A stretch of 57,952 bases of DNA from a virus. Taxonomy: Duplodnaviria > Caudoviricetes. A program made the translations under genes and the position numbers. Positions 1-9,057 of this stretch are shown here, piece after piece. A model generated the notes under the pieces. It was not told the origin of the DNA and made no database searches. It saw only the letters and a program-made list of their open reading frames with translations. The DNA is taken from positions 1-57,952 of IMG/VR virus record IMGVR_UViG_3300005099_000473; one strand, written 5' to 3'. Every line of letters starts with the position of its first letter. Position 1 is the stretch's first letter.

Positions 1-162
1 AATGAGTTTAATGGTGATACAGGGAGTGTCAATATTTATGAGGTTGGAATATTTAACAGTAAGATGGGCGGTCAGATGTTAATGAGGGTAGTGTTTGATT
101 CGCCAGAGTATAAGTCAAATACGATTGAAAAGACAATTGATGTAAAGTTGAAGTTATGGTGA
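1..162 (+). CDS. 3' end of a tail/baseplate or tail-collar fibre-type protein (partial)
   Basis: Frame 1 is open from base 1 to TGA at 160-162: NEFNGDTGSVNIYEVGIFNSKMGGQMLMRVVFDSPEYKSNTIEKTIDVKLKLW. The EVGIF...G.ML...F....K pattern is typical of phage tail-collar/baseplate proteins, and the next gene is a lectin fibre. Confidence 0.55.
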   Translation, partial: NEFNGDTGSVNIYEVGIFNSKMGGQMLMRVVFDSPEYKSNTIEKTIDVKLKLW

Positions 163-168
163 TGGTGT

Positions 169-1194
169 ATGACGTTGGATTGGATGAAGAGTGTTATTGA
201 TGGTGAGCCATTGTATAGTGGGCATTTGTTGGCATTATTGCAGGCTATTAGGGGAAGGTATGTAGTAAGTGGTTGTGATGTCGTGCCTGGTTCTGGATTG
301 GAGGTTATTGTTAATAGTGGTGTAGTGTATTATATGGGTGAGTTTCATGATGTTGAGCAGACTGCTTTGTCAATTGCAAGTAATAGTAGTGGACATGTAA
401 GGGGAGATTTAGTAGTTTGGAATTATGGTAGTAAGAGCTTATTGGTTAGGCAAGGAAGTGGGTATGCAGTAGTTGAAGGGTCTGAAGTTCCAGTATTTCC
501 AAGGCCAGAAGATGATGATATTCCGTTAGCATTGGTTGTGGTTGATGATGGAGCAACAGAGTTTGTTACTGATGACATTAAGGATATTAGGGTAAATGGT
601 GTTGGCAATTTTATGTTTGACCCGTTGTTGGTTTATGAAGATTTTAAGGTAAGTCCGACTGGAACATTGAAGGGGGATGCATATTATGATAATGAAAATG
701 ATTATTTGGTTTTGACGGAAGCTGTTGATGGTCAGAGTGGTCAGTTAGAGTATCAGATAAATCCAATGTCATGTTGGTTTGCAGAATTTGAGTATTATGC
801 TGGTCTTGGTGATGGTGCAGATGCAACGTATTTGTATGTATATTGTGAGAGCACGCCAACGACAGAGGATAGTGCAAGTGGTGGTTATGTTATTGCATTG
901 GATGAGTATCAGAATGAGATTCAGATACTGTATGATGGTAGTAAGATAACTGCAGTAACGCCAACGTATCAGATTGATGATGGGCAGTGGCATAAGGTTT
1001 TTATAGTTTTCGAAAAAAGAAGAATTAGAGTATGGGTAGATGGAGTGTTGCAGTTAGATTTTACTGATACGCAAAGAGATTTAAGTGGAATGTTAATGGG
1101 TGTTGGTGCAAGGACAGGTGGTAAGAATAATGAGCATAGAATAAGATATTTGAAGATAAGTAAGTTTGCTGGAATATTGCCTGTATATGTTTGA
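169..1194 (+). CDS. Tail fibre/receptor-binding protein with a C-terminal L-type (ConA/legume-like) lectin domain
   Basis: N-terminus is like a phage tail-fibre anchor (SGLEVIVNSG...RGDLVV...IPLALV...IKDIR). C-terminus has lectin-like motifs GDAYY..LVLTEA..GQSG, GDGAD, DDGQWHKV, VWVDG and GARTGG.NNEH. Confidence 0.75.
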   Translation: MTLDWMKSVIDGEPLYSGHLLALLQAIRGRYVVSGCDVVPGSGLEVIVNSGVVYYMGEFHDVEQTALSIASNSSGHVRGDLVVWNYGSKSLLVRQGSGYAVVEGSEVPVFPRPEDDDIPLALVVVDDGATEFVTDDIKDIRVNGVGNFMFDPLLVYEDFKVSPTGTLKGDAYYDNENDYLVLTEAVDGQSGQLEYQINPMSCWFAEFEYYAGLGDGADATYLYVYCESTPTTEDSASGGYVIALDEYQNEIQILYDGSKITAVTPTYQIDDGQWHKVFIVFEKRRIRVWVDGVLQLDFTDTQRDLSGMLMGVGARTGGKNNEHRIRYLKISKFAGILPVYV

Positions 1195-1206
1195 AGGTGG
1201 TTGATA

Positions 1207-2172
1207 ATGGCGTTTACATGGTCAAGTTTGAATAAGGGTAATGTTCCCAAGAAGGCTGATATTGATGAGATTAAGAGTAAGATAAATCAGATATTGGATA
1301 GTCTTGATAAGGGTTTGTCAATGCCATATAGTGAATTTGCTCAGAGAGGAGGAATGTATGAGTATGATAAGTTTGTTGCATTGAGACAAGTTATTGATGA
1401 TTTGGATGCTATAAAATGTAATGATTGTGATAGTTATAATGCGTATGAGAAGAGTGCTGCTTGTCCATTAGCGAAAATGGGATATTGTTCAGCAGATTAT
1501 GAAGTTGCATTAGCTGTCGATAATGTAGGTGAAGATACGACATATAATGAGGCTTATAATGATAATGAATTGTCTGCAAATAATGATACAGTAGACGGAG
1601 TAGTTTATTCAGGTGAAAAATCAGGTTTTTATGATGCACATAATGGTATGGATGATGCTTCTGAGAATTATTCAGCAAATAATGGAGAAGACAATTCAGT
1701 ATATAGTGCGGATGGTGCTTGTAGTAGTGACGACGTAGGTGTTCATAGTGGATATAATAGTAGTGTTGATAGTGGGCATGATATTTCATATTGTAATACT
1801 GTTTATGATAGTCAGAATTCAACATATTATACTGGTGAAAAATCTGCTGATAATTCTGGTGTTGATGCCAATCATAATGTAACGTACTATGCTGGTGATG
1901 ATAATGGATATGATTCGAGTGTGAATTCAGGTAATTTGTTTGGTGATTATGATAGTCATTTTAATAATCAGTATTCTGTAGATGGTAGTTGTTCAGGTGA
2001 TAATAGTGGATATGATAGTACATATAGGTATGGTTATGATTCGACTTATTATAGTAGTGAAGATAAGCCACATGATAGTGGTGTGAATGATACGAATAGG
2101 TCTGGATATGATGGAACGTATGATAGTGGTGTTGATGGGACATATAATAGTGGAGTAAATTCGAGTAATTGA
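1207..2172 (+). CDS. Repeat protein A: fibre-like N-terminal anchor plus D/N/S/G/Y-rich tetrapeptide repeats; putative radical SAM substrate
   Basis: ATG at 1207 follows AGGTGG. N-terminus FTWSSLNKG...KADIDEIK is paralogous to the next ORF. About 220 aa with 4/8-residue periodicity (e.g. GYDSTYRY GYDSTYYS; GYDGTYDS GVDGTYNS) and scattered Cys. Confidence 0.75.
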   Translation: MAFTWSSLNKGNVPKKADIDEIKSKINQILDSLDKGLSMPYSEFAQRGGMYEYDKFVALRQVIDDLDAIKCNDCDSYNAYEKSAACPLAKMGYCSADYEVALAVDNVGEDTTYNEAYNDNELSANNDTVDGVVYSGEKSGFYDAHNGMDDASENYSANNGEDNSVYSADGACSSDDVGVHSGYNSSVDSGHDISYCNTVYDSQNSTYYTGEKSADNSGVDANHNVTYYAGDDNGYDSSVNSGNLFGDYDSHFNNQYSVDGSCSGDNSGYDSTYRYGYDSTYYSSEDKPHDSGVNDTNRSGYDGTYDSGVDGTYNSGVNSSN

Positions 2173-2184
2173 GGTGGTCTGTAT

Positions 2185-2946
2185 ATGGGATTTACTTGGA
2201 GTACATTAAGGAGGGGTGATTTGATACAGAAGGCACATGTTGATGAGATGCGAGATAATGTAGATAGTATAGATAATACTAAGTGTACGGCTGATTATGC
2301 AACTTATAATAAATATGAACATTCGTTTGCGTATGGAGATTATTATTTGGATGATTTAAGTTCAGCACAGGCATCGTATTGTTTGTCATACAATTCTAGT
2401 GTTGATTCTAATGATAATGTAACGCATTATTCTGGTGATGATGGGGGATACAATAGTGATGTTTATTCAAGCGAATATACTGTGGTGGATAGTACAGAAA
2501 AAGTTTCGAATTTGCTTGGTCATGATAGCGCTATATATGGTACGAATGATGATGGTGATTATTCACAGGTATATGGTGCTGAAGACTCTGGGTTTAATTC
2601 ACAGAATTATGCTTTTGACAAGGAAGATAATGTATCGTATTATAGTGATGTTGATAGTTCAGATAATGAAACGTATTATGGTAGTGAGAATGTAAATGTG
2701 GATAGTGGGGCTAATGCTACATACTGCGGTGCGGATTATGGAGTATATTATAGCGGTGTAGATAAAAATGACCATGGAACTTATTATAATAATGAACATG
2801 GAACTTATAAATCTGGATATGATAGTTCAGTATATAGTGGTGAGGATGGAGTTTATTATAATGATGAACATAATGTGTACAATTATAATGAGCATAATAC
2901 GTATGAGAGTGGGCATGATAGTGGGGTATATAGTATATTTGCATAA
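2185..2946 (+). CDS. Repeat protein B: paralog of repeat protein A
   Basis: FTWSTLRRGDLIQKAHVDEMRDNVDSIDNTKC, then periodic repeats (NDHGTYYN NEHGTYKS GYDSSVYS GEDGVYYN DEHNVYNY NEHNTYES GHDSGVYS). RBS GAGGTGG upstream. Confidence 0.75.
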   Translation: MGFTWSTLRRGDLIQKAHVDEMRDNVDSIDNTKCTADYATYNKYEHSFAYGDYYLDDLSSAQASYCLSYNSSVDSNDNVTHYSGDDGGYNSDVYSSEYTVVDSTEKVSNLLGHDSAIYGTNDDGDYSQVYGAEDSGFNSQNYAFDKEDNVSYYSDVDSSDNETYYGSENVNVDSGANATYCGADYGVYYSGVDKNDHGTYYNNEHGTYKSGYDSSVYSGEDGVYYNDEHNVYNYNEHNTYESGHDSGVYSIFA

Positions 2947-2963
2947 TATGGGAGGTGTTAAGT

Positions 2964-4311
2964 ATGAAAAGTATGTTAGTTGCGAGTGAGGTTTTGACAT
3001 CTGGATGGTGTCCACTTCAATGTAGTTATTGTTATATTCCAAAAACGAAGGAAATGAAGGATTTGCATTTGGAGATTATTAAAGAGTTAAAGACAAGGAA
3101 TAGGATTGAAAGAATGAAAGAAATGAAAAAGAAATATGGAGTTAGGCTTGAACATTTGGGAGCTTGGGGAACTGAACCTTTATTGACAATGAGATATATT
3201 GATTTAAGGGAATGGAAAAAAGAATTTCCAGAGCTAAAGACGTTTGCATATTCAACAAGTATGATGTTAAAGCCTGTCCCAGTAATTGATGAAAAAGTTA
3301 AAGAGGCAAAGGATTTAAGAATATCAATAAAGAATCAGGTTAGTTTAGACGGCCCGAAGTGGATTACTGATAAAAATAGGGTTGGTGGTAGCACGGATGG
3401 GATTATTAAGAATACGAAGTGGTTAGTTGAGGAGTTGAATAAAATTGATTTTGATACATATTTTGAGATTAGTTTCAAGGCAACATGGAGTATAGACAAT
3501 ATTAGGCAAATGGTTGAACATCCAGAACTGATACATGAAGTGTTTGAGTTTTTTAGTAATTTAGTTAATGAATTGAGAAAGAAGAATAAAAAGAAGAATG
3601 TTGTGATAAGGGATTTTGCAGGCGGAACGTTAGTAGTGCCTGGCAAATATACAAGTGAAGACGGTAAGGTTTTGGCTAAGTTTTTTGAATATTTGTATAA
3701 GTTTGGGTATCCGAATAATTATACGTATAGATTGATGAGAATATTGGACTGGGGAAAGGAGTTGCATAAAGTAAGAATGTTCACATGTTCTGCAATGGAC
3801 AGTCAGTTTGGATTTGATGATGAAGGATGAAGGTGCAGTTCATATGTGTCATAGAACGTATTACTTCAATAAAGAGAAGTATATTAAGTCAGTAATGAGT
3901 ATGGATAAGTATAAGAATTGGGATGTTTCAGTAATGGAAGAGGGTAGGATGAGAGAAATCAATAAGTATTATATTGTTCCGTATGATGATGAGTTTGAAA
4001 TGTGGAGACTGTATTATGTAATGCGTGGATACCATGATTTTTGGAGATTTAGGGTTGGATATACTGTGAATATGATGAGGATGTTAGCATTGGCTGGTCA
4101 AGCAGAGGAAAGATTTTTGAAGAATAAAGATTATACAGTATTGTTTGCATATTTTATTAATTCAGCGTTCAGTTGTCCAATGGAGAATTTATTGAATACT
4201 GGTTGTGTACATTTGACACCAGTAAGTATATTGAGATATTTAGGCAATGGTGCTTTTGAGTGGATAGTAAGGGATGCATATAGGATATATAAGAGGAATG
4301 GGGTGTTGTAA
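2964..4311 (+). pseudogene. Radical SAM enzyme 1 (SPASM/twitch type), split into two ORFs (2955-3830, 3808-4311) by a 7-bp tandem duplication
   Basis: CPLQCSYC (CX3CX2C) and WGTEP. Removing one GATGAAG copy at 3819-3832 joins the frames into a 446-aa protein reading FTCSAMDSQFGFDDEGAVHMCHRT, which aligns with GCSVQAMLYVRLSDLAIVPCHRT of the downstream paralog. Confidence 0.85.
3819..3832 (+). repeat. Perfect 7-bp tandem duplication (GATGAAG)2 causing the frameshift
   Basis: Read directly: ...gatttgat GATGAAG GATGAAG gtgcagtt... Confidence 0.9.
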
Positions 4312-5631
4312 ATGATAACGTTTCAGGAAGAGAATGATAAGTTTATGGAGATGTTTATTGAAAAGACGTTTATTGAAGGATATAAGAGAAGGTTTCCGAA
4401 CTGGGATAGATTGGAGTTAATGTTAGATACAAGTTGTACGTTAGGATGTAGATATTGTTATTACAATAATCCAAAACATGATAAGTATCTGTATCCAGTA
4501 AGGTTAAAGAGACCTGAGGAGTATGTTAAGAATGCTAAAATGTTATTTGAGTGGTTGTATTATGAGAAAGGTGTAGTGCCAAGAGGTATTGATATATTTG
4601 GGGGAGAAGTTACTGTAAAGCCAGAGTTTTATGGAATATTGGATGCTATTGATGACGTGTTTGGAAAAGATGCAGAAAGAATATCAGTTGTTGTTCCAAG
4701 TAATTATTCGTTTTTGTTAAGTGAATATTGGACTAATAAAATGGAAGAATACTTAAAGAAAAGTAAAGTTAGACTTGCTCTGAGTGCGAGTATAGATGGT
4801 AAGTATTTGGAGACTATGAATAGGCCGTTAATTGATAATCCAGAGAAAGACCCAAGGAATGATGAATGGTATGATAGATTATTTGAATTCAATAAGAAGT
4901 ATGGATTTGGATTTCACCCAATGATATATGCGAGTGGTATTGAGTTATGGAAGAAGAATTTCTTATGGTTTCAGTCAATGTTTGATAAGCATAAGATACC
5001 ATGGTGGAGTATATATTTGTTAGAAGTAAGAAATCCAGAATGGACAAAGGAACAGATAAGAATATTTGGAGATTTTGTTGAGTTTTTAGTAAAGTGGACA
5101 TTTAAGAATAGATTGAAAGAAGATGTGCGTAGGTATGTTCATTTTACGTTTAAGTTAAGGGGATATAATATATTGAATCCGTTTAGTGGTGTTGGTAGAG
5201 GTTTGGGCTGTAGTGTTCAGGCAATGTTATATGTTAGATTGTCTGATTTGGCAATAGTGCCTTGTCATAGAACAAGTTATGATGAGTTCGTATATGGTTA
5301 TTTCAAAACTGAGAATGATAAAATAATAGGGGTGAAAGCTAAGAATATAGAATTGTTGAATGCAGTATATAGTTTTGTGGCAGAAAACCAGCCATATTGT
5401 GAATATTGTCCAATTAAGGAAGTATGCAGTAAGGGATGTCTTGGAGCACAGTATGAATTTAATGGTGATTTGTTTACACCAATACCAACTGTATGTGCAT
5501 TAGAGCATGAGAAGATAAAAAGAATAATAAAGGCAACGAAAGATATTGGAGTATATGAATATATTGTTAATGAATTACATAGGGAAAGACAATTGGTTTG
5601 GAGAAGGATTGAGGAAGCTTTGGGGGTGTGA
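4312..5631 (+). CDS. Radical SAM enzyme 2 with a full SPASM domain (putative peptide/protein maturase)
   Basis: CTLGCRYC, FGGE and SIDG motifs; C-terminal GC...PCHR...CEYCPIKEVCSKGC...PTVC cysteine pattern. Confidence 0.9.
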   Translation: MITFQEENDKFMEMFIEKTFIEGYKRRFPNWDRLELMLDTSCTLGCRYCYYNNPKHDKYLYPVRLKRPEEYVKNAKMLFEWLYYEKGVVPRGIDIFGGEVTVKPEFYGILDAIDDVFGKDAERISVVVPSNYSFLLSEYWTNKMEEYLKKSKVRLALSASIDGKYLETMNRPLIDNPEKDPRNDEWYDRLFEFNKKYGFGFHPMIYASGIELWKKNFLWFQSMFDKHKIPWWSIYLLEVRNPEWTKEQIRIFGDFVEFLVKWTFKNRLKEDVRRYVHFTFKLRGYNILNPFSGVGRGLGCSVQAMLYVRLSDLAIVPCHRTSYDEFVYGYFKTENDKIIGVKAKNIELLNAVYSFVAENQPYCEYCPIKEVCSKGCLGAQYEFNGDLFTPIPTVCALEHEKIKRIIKATKDIGVYEYIVNELHRERQLVWRRIEEALGV

Positions 5632-5634
5632 TAT

Positions 5635-6183
5635 ATGGATAGGAATGAGTATTTGAAAATTAGAGGTATTGTATTAAAAATGTTAAATTCGCAAGATTTT
5701 AGAAGAGAGTTTGGTAAAGGTGAAAGGATTAAAGTTGCAGTAGATACAATGGTAAAGAGTTTAGATATAGTTGCTAAAGGCGGTAGGACTGGTGTTGGAC
5801 AGAATATGATGAGTAATGTAATGAATGGAACGAAGGTAGTAATGGAGTTTGTAATATATCATAGACTTGGAAAGTTTACAACAAGTTTTGCATTGGCTTA
5901 TGCAGACTTATTAACAGTCTTCAATAAAGAGCTTGCATACAATTTTGATTTTGATATAATGGCAGATGCTATTAGAGCAATAGTTCGAAGTCATTTAACA
6001 ATAATGGAAGCAATTGATGTAATGAGGAATTTATTGGATAGAGCAGAAAGGTATATGAAGTTAGAACCGCCTGCTTATGGTGTTAGTAGGCATTTTACTG
6101 AAATGGTTTGGAAGAAGCTTGAGAAAGGTGAAGAAGTAGGTGATTATCCAAATAAGGCTGTGGAGGTTAAGAAGAAAGAATGA
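5635..6183 (+). CDS. Hypothetical helical protein closely linked to the radical SAM pair
   Basis: 182-aa ORF starting 3 bp after radical SAM 2, with RBS GGGGGTG; no recognisable motif. Confidence 0.6.
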   Translation: MDRNEYLKIRGIVLKMLNSQDFRREFGKGERIKVAVDTMVKSLDIVAKGGRTGVGQNMMSNVMNGTKVVMEFVIYHRLGKFTTSFALAYADLLTVFNKELAYNFDFDIMADAIRAIVRSHLTIMEAIDVMRNLLDRAERYMKLEPPAYGVSRHFTEMVWKKLEKGEEVGDYPNKAVEVKKKE

Positions 6184-6198
6184 TAAAGGTGGTAAATA

Positions 6199-6357
6199 TT
6201 GACTAAGATTGAGGTCGATATTGAAAAATTAGATTTTATAAGATATTTGGTTAAGAGAGCATACAATGAACAGATTAATAGTAATTATTACGAAGTCTTG
6301 GACATATTGTTTGAATTAAGAGAAATATTGGACGAAATAATGGGGGATGAAGAATGA
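6199..6357 (+). CDS. Small hypothetical protein (52 aa, not in the ORF track)
   Basis: TTG start after AGGTGG; MTKIEVDIEKLDFIRYLVKRAYNEQINSNYYEVLDILFELREILDEIMGDEE; its stop overlaps the next ATG (ATGA). Confidence 0.55.
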   Translation: MTKIEVDIEKLDFIRYLVKRAYNEQINSNYYEVLDILFELREILDEIMGDEE

Positions 6358-6839
6358 AATGTTTGTTTAAGTTTTTCTTTAAAGTTTTCAATCGTGTAAG
6401 AATAAAGAATATTTATGAAATGGGGTGGTTTAGGCTCAGAGAAATGTTAAAACAGAGAAGTAGTATAAAGACAGTAGTGCTTTGGGATGGTGCGTATAAG
6501 TTTACTGATTTTGAAACAATGATGAGAATAATTAAATATGATATGGTCAAGTGGCATAAGTATAGATTAGAAGAATATGATTGTGACAATTTTGCGATGA
6601 CATTTGCAGGGTTAGTTCCATTTATGTATGGCATAAATAATGTTGGTATAGTAATTGGTAAAATAATTAGTGATAGTGGGAAAGTAGGATATCATGCCTG
6701 GAATGTTTTTATTGTAATGAAAAGTAATAATGAACCAGAGTTATATATGTATGAACCGCAGTTAGGTAAGTTTACAACGTATAGAAATGGTAGAATTGGT
6801 AATTGGAGGTATGAGCCAGAGTATGTGATTTGGGGGTGA
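6354..6839 (+). CDS. Papain/transglutaminase-like cysteine protease domain protein
   Basis: YDCDNFA (Cys), HAWNVF (His) and YEPQ (Glu) form a Cys-His-acid triad pattern. Confidence 0.65.
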   Translation: MKCLFKFFFKVFNRVRIKNIYEMGWFRLREMLKQRSSIKTVVLWDGAYKFTDFETMMRIIKYDMVKWHKYRLEEYDCDNFAMTFAGLVPFMYGINNVGIVIGKIISDSGKVGYHAWNVFIVMKSNNEPELYMYEPQLGKFTTYRNGRIGNWRYEPEYVIWG

Positions 6840-6888
6840 TGAAACAAAAATATTAAATTGATTGAGTATTAATTTTCAAATAGAGGTG

Positions 6889-7203
6889 ATGATATTGTTA
6901 TATGATGGTAAAGATGTTATCATTTACATACCAAAGGGTAAAAATAAGTTGTATATATGGAAGGAGAAGTCAAATCAAAGAAAAGGTGATACTGTTAAGT
7001 CAGATAAAATAGTATTTTGTATTAAGGGTTCAGATGTAGAGGCAAGAATAAAATTGGAAATTGAGGATGTGTTTTATATTACTGAAGTGTTAAGACATGA
7101 AGCTCTGAGAAGTTATGATGAAATGAGAGAGTTAAGTTTATTGTTAAAGCAAAAATTTTTAGAGAAGGAAAAAGCGAATGATGATGATAGGTCATACTTA
7201 TAG
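6889..7203 (+). CDS. Hypothetical protein
   Basis: ORF 6862-7203; likely start after GAGGTG; a TATA-like AAACAAAAATATTAAA lies upstream at about 6842. Confidence 0.55.
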   Translation: MILLYDGKDVIIYIPKGKNKLYIWKEKSNQRKGDTVKSDKIVFCIKGSDVEARIKLEIEDVFYITEVLRHEALRSYDEMRELSLLLKQKFLEKEKANDDDRSYL

Positions 7204-7217
7204 TGGGGGTGAAGAAT

Positions 7218-9044
7218 ATGGGAGTTTTGGATTACTTTAAGAAGTCAAATAATGTTGGTTCAGACTCATTGAATAAGTTATTTTTAAGGCCAGTCGATGA
7301 GGGTTATGTTAAGACTGGAATTTTGGATGTAACAAGAATACCGTTTGTGCCGTTGGGTTTTAAGTATGTGGAGAATTTGTATTATAATAGTGATGTTTTG
7401 AGGACAGTTGTTAGAAGTTTAGTTTGGGAGACGTTTAGGAATGGAATTTATATTGAAGAAGCATTTCAGTTTAAATGTGTAAGGTGTAAGACTACTTTTG
7501 ATGAACCAGTTGAAGTCTGTCCAGTTTGTGGTTCTGCAGAGTTAAGACCGCCTAATAAGATGCAGAGGAAATTTTTAGAGCAATTATTGGAAAGAGCAAA
7601 TTTGAATGGGCAGTCATTTTTGGAAGTTTTACAGGATATTGATTTTGATTTGAACATTTTTGATAATGCGTATGTTATAGTAAGGAAAGAATATAAGTAT
7701 AATGAGGATGGTAGAATAATTGGAGCAACACCAATTGAAGTGGTTAAGGGTAGTGTTCATAATATTAGATTGGTTTTAAGTAATGATGGTAGGTTAGGTA
7801 TTAGTCCAGATGGAACGCATATGGTTTTTGTATGTCCAGAGCACAGGGAAAATGCAGAATTGATTCCAGTCGGTCAAGTTGACCCAAATAACCCACCTAA
7901 ATGTAAGAAATGTGGCAGAGAAATGATAGTTGCTCATGCAGAATATAGGAAGTCAAGTAAGAAAGTATATTTAGGTGCAGGTGAAGTATTACATGTAAAG
8001 AAATTTACGCATGGAATTGGTTATGGATATCCAATGCCTCTGACTCTGGCAATGAAGTTGTTGATTTTAATGAAAATGGACTATTATGTGTTAATGGCAT
8101 ATCATGTTCAAAGACCACCAAAGGGAATATTGATTTTAAGAGCAAATAGGGATGCAGTTGCTAAGGCTTGGCAAACTATTGAAGAAGCAAGTAGGGTTAA
8201 TCCATGGAGGATAATACCGTTAGTAATTGAAGGAACTGAAAGGTTAGGTGCTAAAAGGGTTGCAGAATGGATTGATATGTCGTTTAGAATGGATGAGACT
8301 GCAATGATGAGTTATAGAGATGAATTGAGAAGAAGTGTAGGTTCTGCTTATGGTGTCAGTCCGATATTTCAAGGTGATGTGTCAGTCGGTGCAGGTTTGG
8401 CTAATGAAGGTTTGCAGATTACAGTTACGAATAGGGCAGTTGAAAGGGAACAGTCAATATTTAATGAGAAGATTATTCCATGGATAGTTAAGCAATATGG
8501 TGTGACTGATTATGAAATTAAATTAAAGCCACATGAAGAGAAAGATATGACTGCCCAGTTACAGAGGGTGCAGATGAGAATACAAATTGCACAACAGTTA
8601 ATGCAAATGGGATATAAGGTTAAGTTAAAAGAAGGTGCTGATGGTATTGAGTTTGATGTTGAAGAAATGGATGTTAATGCCGAGTTAATGTTCATATTAA
8701 CACAGTGGTTGAAGCAAAATAATATTGAAATGAAGCCAGAGGAAGTTGTTCAGTTAGTGCAATTGGCTCAACAAGCTGGTGGTGTTCAGGCATTAATGCA
8801 AATGATACAGTCTCAGCAAGGAATGGTTGGTGGAATGCCAGTCCCAGCTGGTCAAGAAACTGGTAATGAATTAAGTCAAATGTTACAGGAAGTTTTTAGT
8901 GAAGGACAAGAAAGTCCATTACCAGAAGAAAAAAGAGAAAGTGTTGAAGAGAAAGAGCAAAGATTTGAAGGCGAACCTGCACATAGTAAGCCAAGGAAAA
9001 ACGAACAAAGGTTTGAAGGAGAACCAACTGGGGTGCGACGTTAG
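7218..9044 (+). CDS. Portal protein with zinc-ribbon insertions
   Basis: Portal-like motifs D.DLNIFDNAY, GYG.P and AYGVSPIF; inserts CVRC...CPVC and CPEH...CKKC; heads the capsid module. ATG at 7218 follows GGGGGTGA. Confidence 0.8.
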   Translation: MGVLDYFKKSNNVGSDSLNKLFLRPVDEGYVKTGILDVTRIPFVPLGFKYVENLYYNSDVLRTVVRSLVWETFRNGIYIEEAFQFKCVRCKTTFDEPVEVCPVCGSAELRPPNKMQRKFLEQLLERANLNGQSFLEVLQDIDFDLNIFDNAYVIVRKEYKYNEDGRIIGATPIEVVKGSVHNIRLVLSNDGRLGISPDGTHMVFVCPEHRENAELIPVGQVDPNNPPKCKKCGREMIVAHAEYRKSSKKVYLGAGEVLHVKKFTHGIGYGYPMPLTLAMKLLILMKMDYYVLMAYHVQRPPKGILILRANRDAVAKAWQTIEEASRVNPWRIIPLVIEGTERLGAKRVAEWIDMSFRMDETAMMSYRDELRRSVGSAYGVSPIFQGDVSVGAGLANEGLQITVTNRAVEREQSIFNEKIIPWIVKQYGVTDYEIKLKPHEEKDMTAQLQRVQMRIQIAQQLMQMGYKVKLKEGADGIEFDVEEMDVNAELMFILTQWLKQNNIEMKPEEVVQLVQLAQQAGGVQALMQMIQSQQGMVGGMPVPAGQETGNELSQMLQEVFSEGQESPLPEEKRESVEEKEQRFEGEPAHSKPRKNEQRFEGEPTGVRR

Positions 9045-9057
9045 GGGGTGGTAAGAT

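Noticed and set aside
1990-2172. Resemblance of GYDST octapeptides to ice-nucleation protein repeats (AGYGSTxT)
   Set aside because: The TxT/SLT ice-binding ladders and 16-residue register are missing, and the virus appears thermophilic. At most this is convergence on a beta-solenoid.
2435-2989. Alternative-frame + strand ORFs (2435-2695, 2768-2989) rich in Met/Ile
   Set aside because: They are by-products of the GAT/AAT/TAT-rich repeat gene read out of frame; no RBS and no independent signal.
3808-3840. Programmed ribosomal frameshift or TGA recoding (selenocysteine/readthrough) in radical SAM 1
   Set aside because: The halves are in different frames, so readthrough cannot join them. There is no X XXY YYZ slippery heptamer, and the 7-bp duplication fully explains the break. 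TGA is a normal stop throughout the window.
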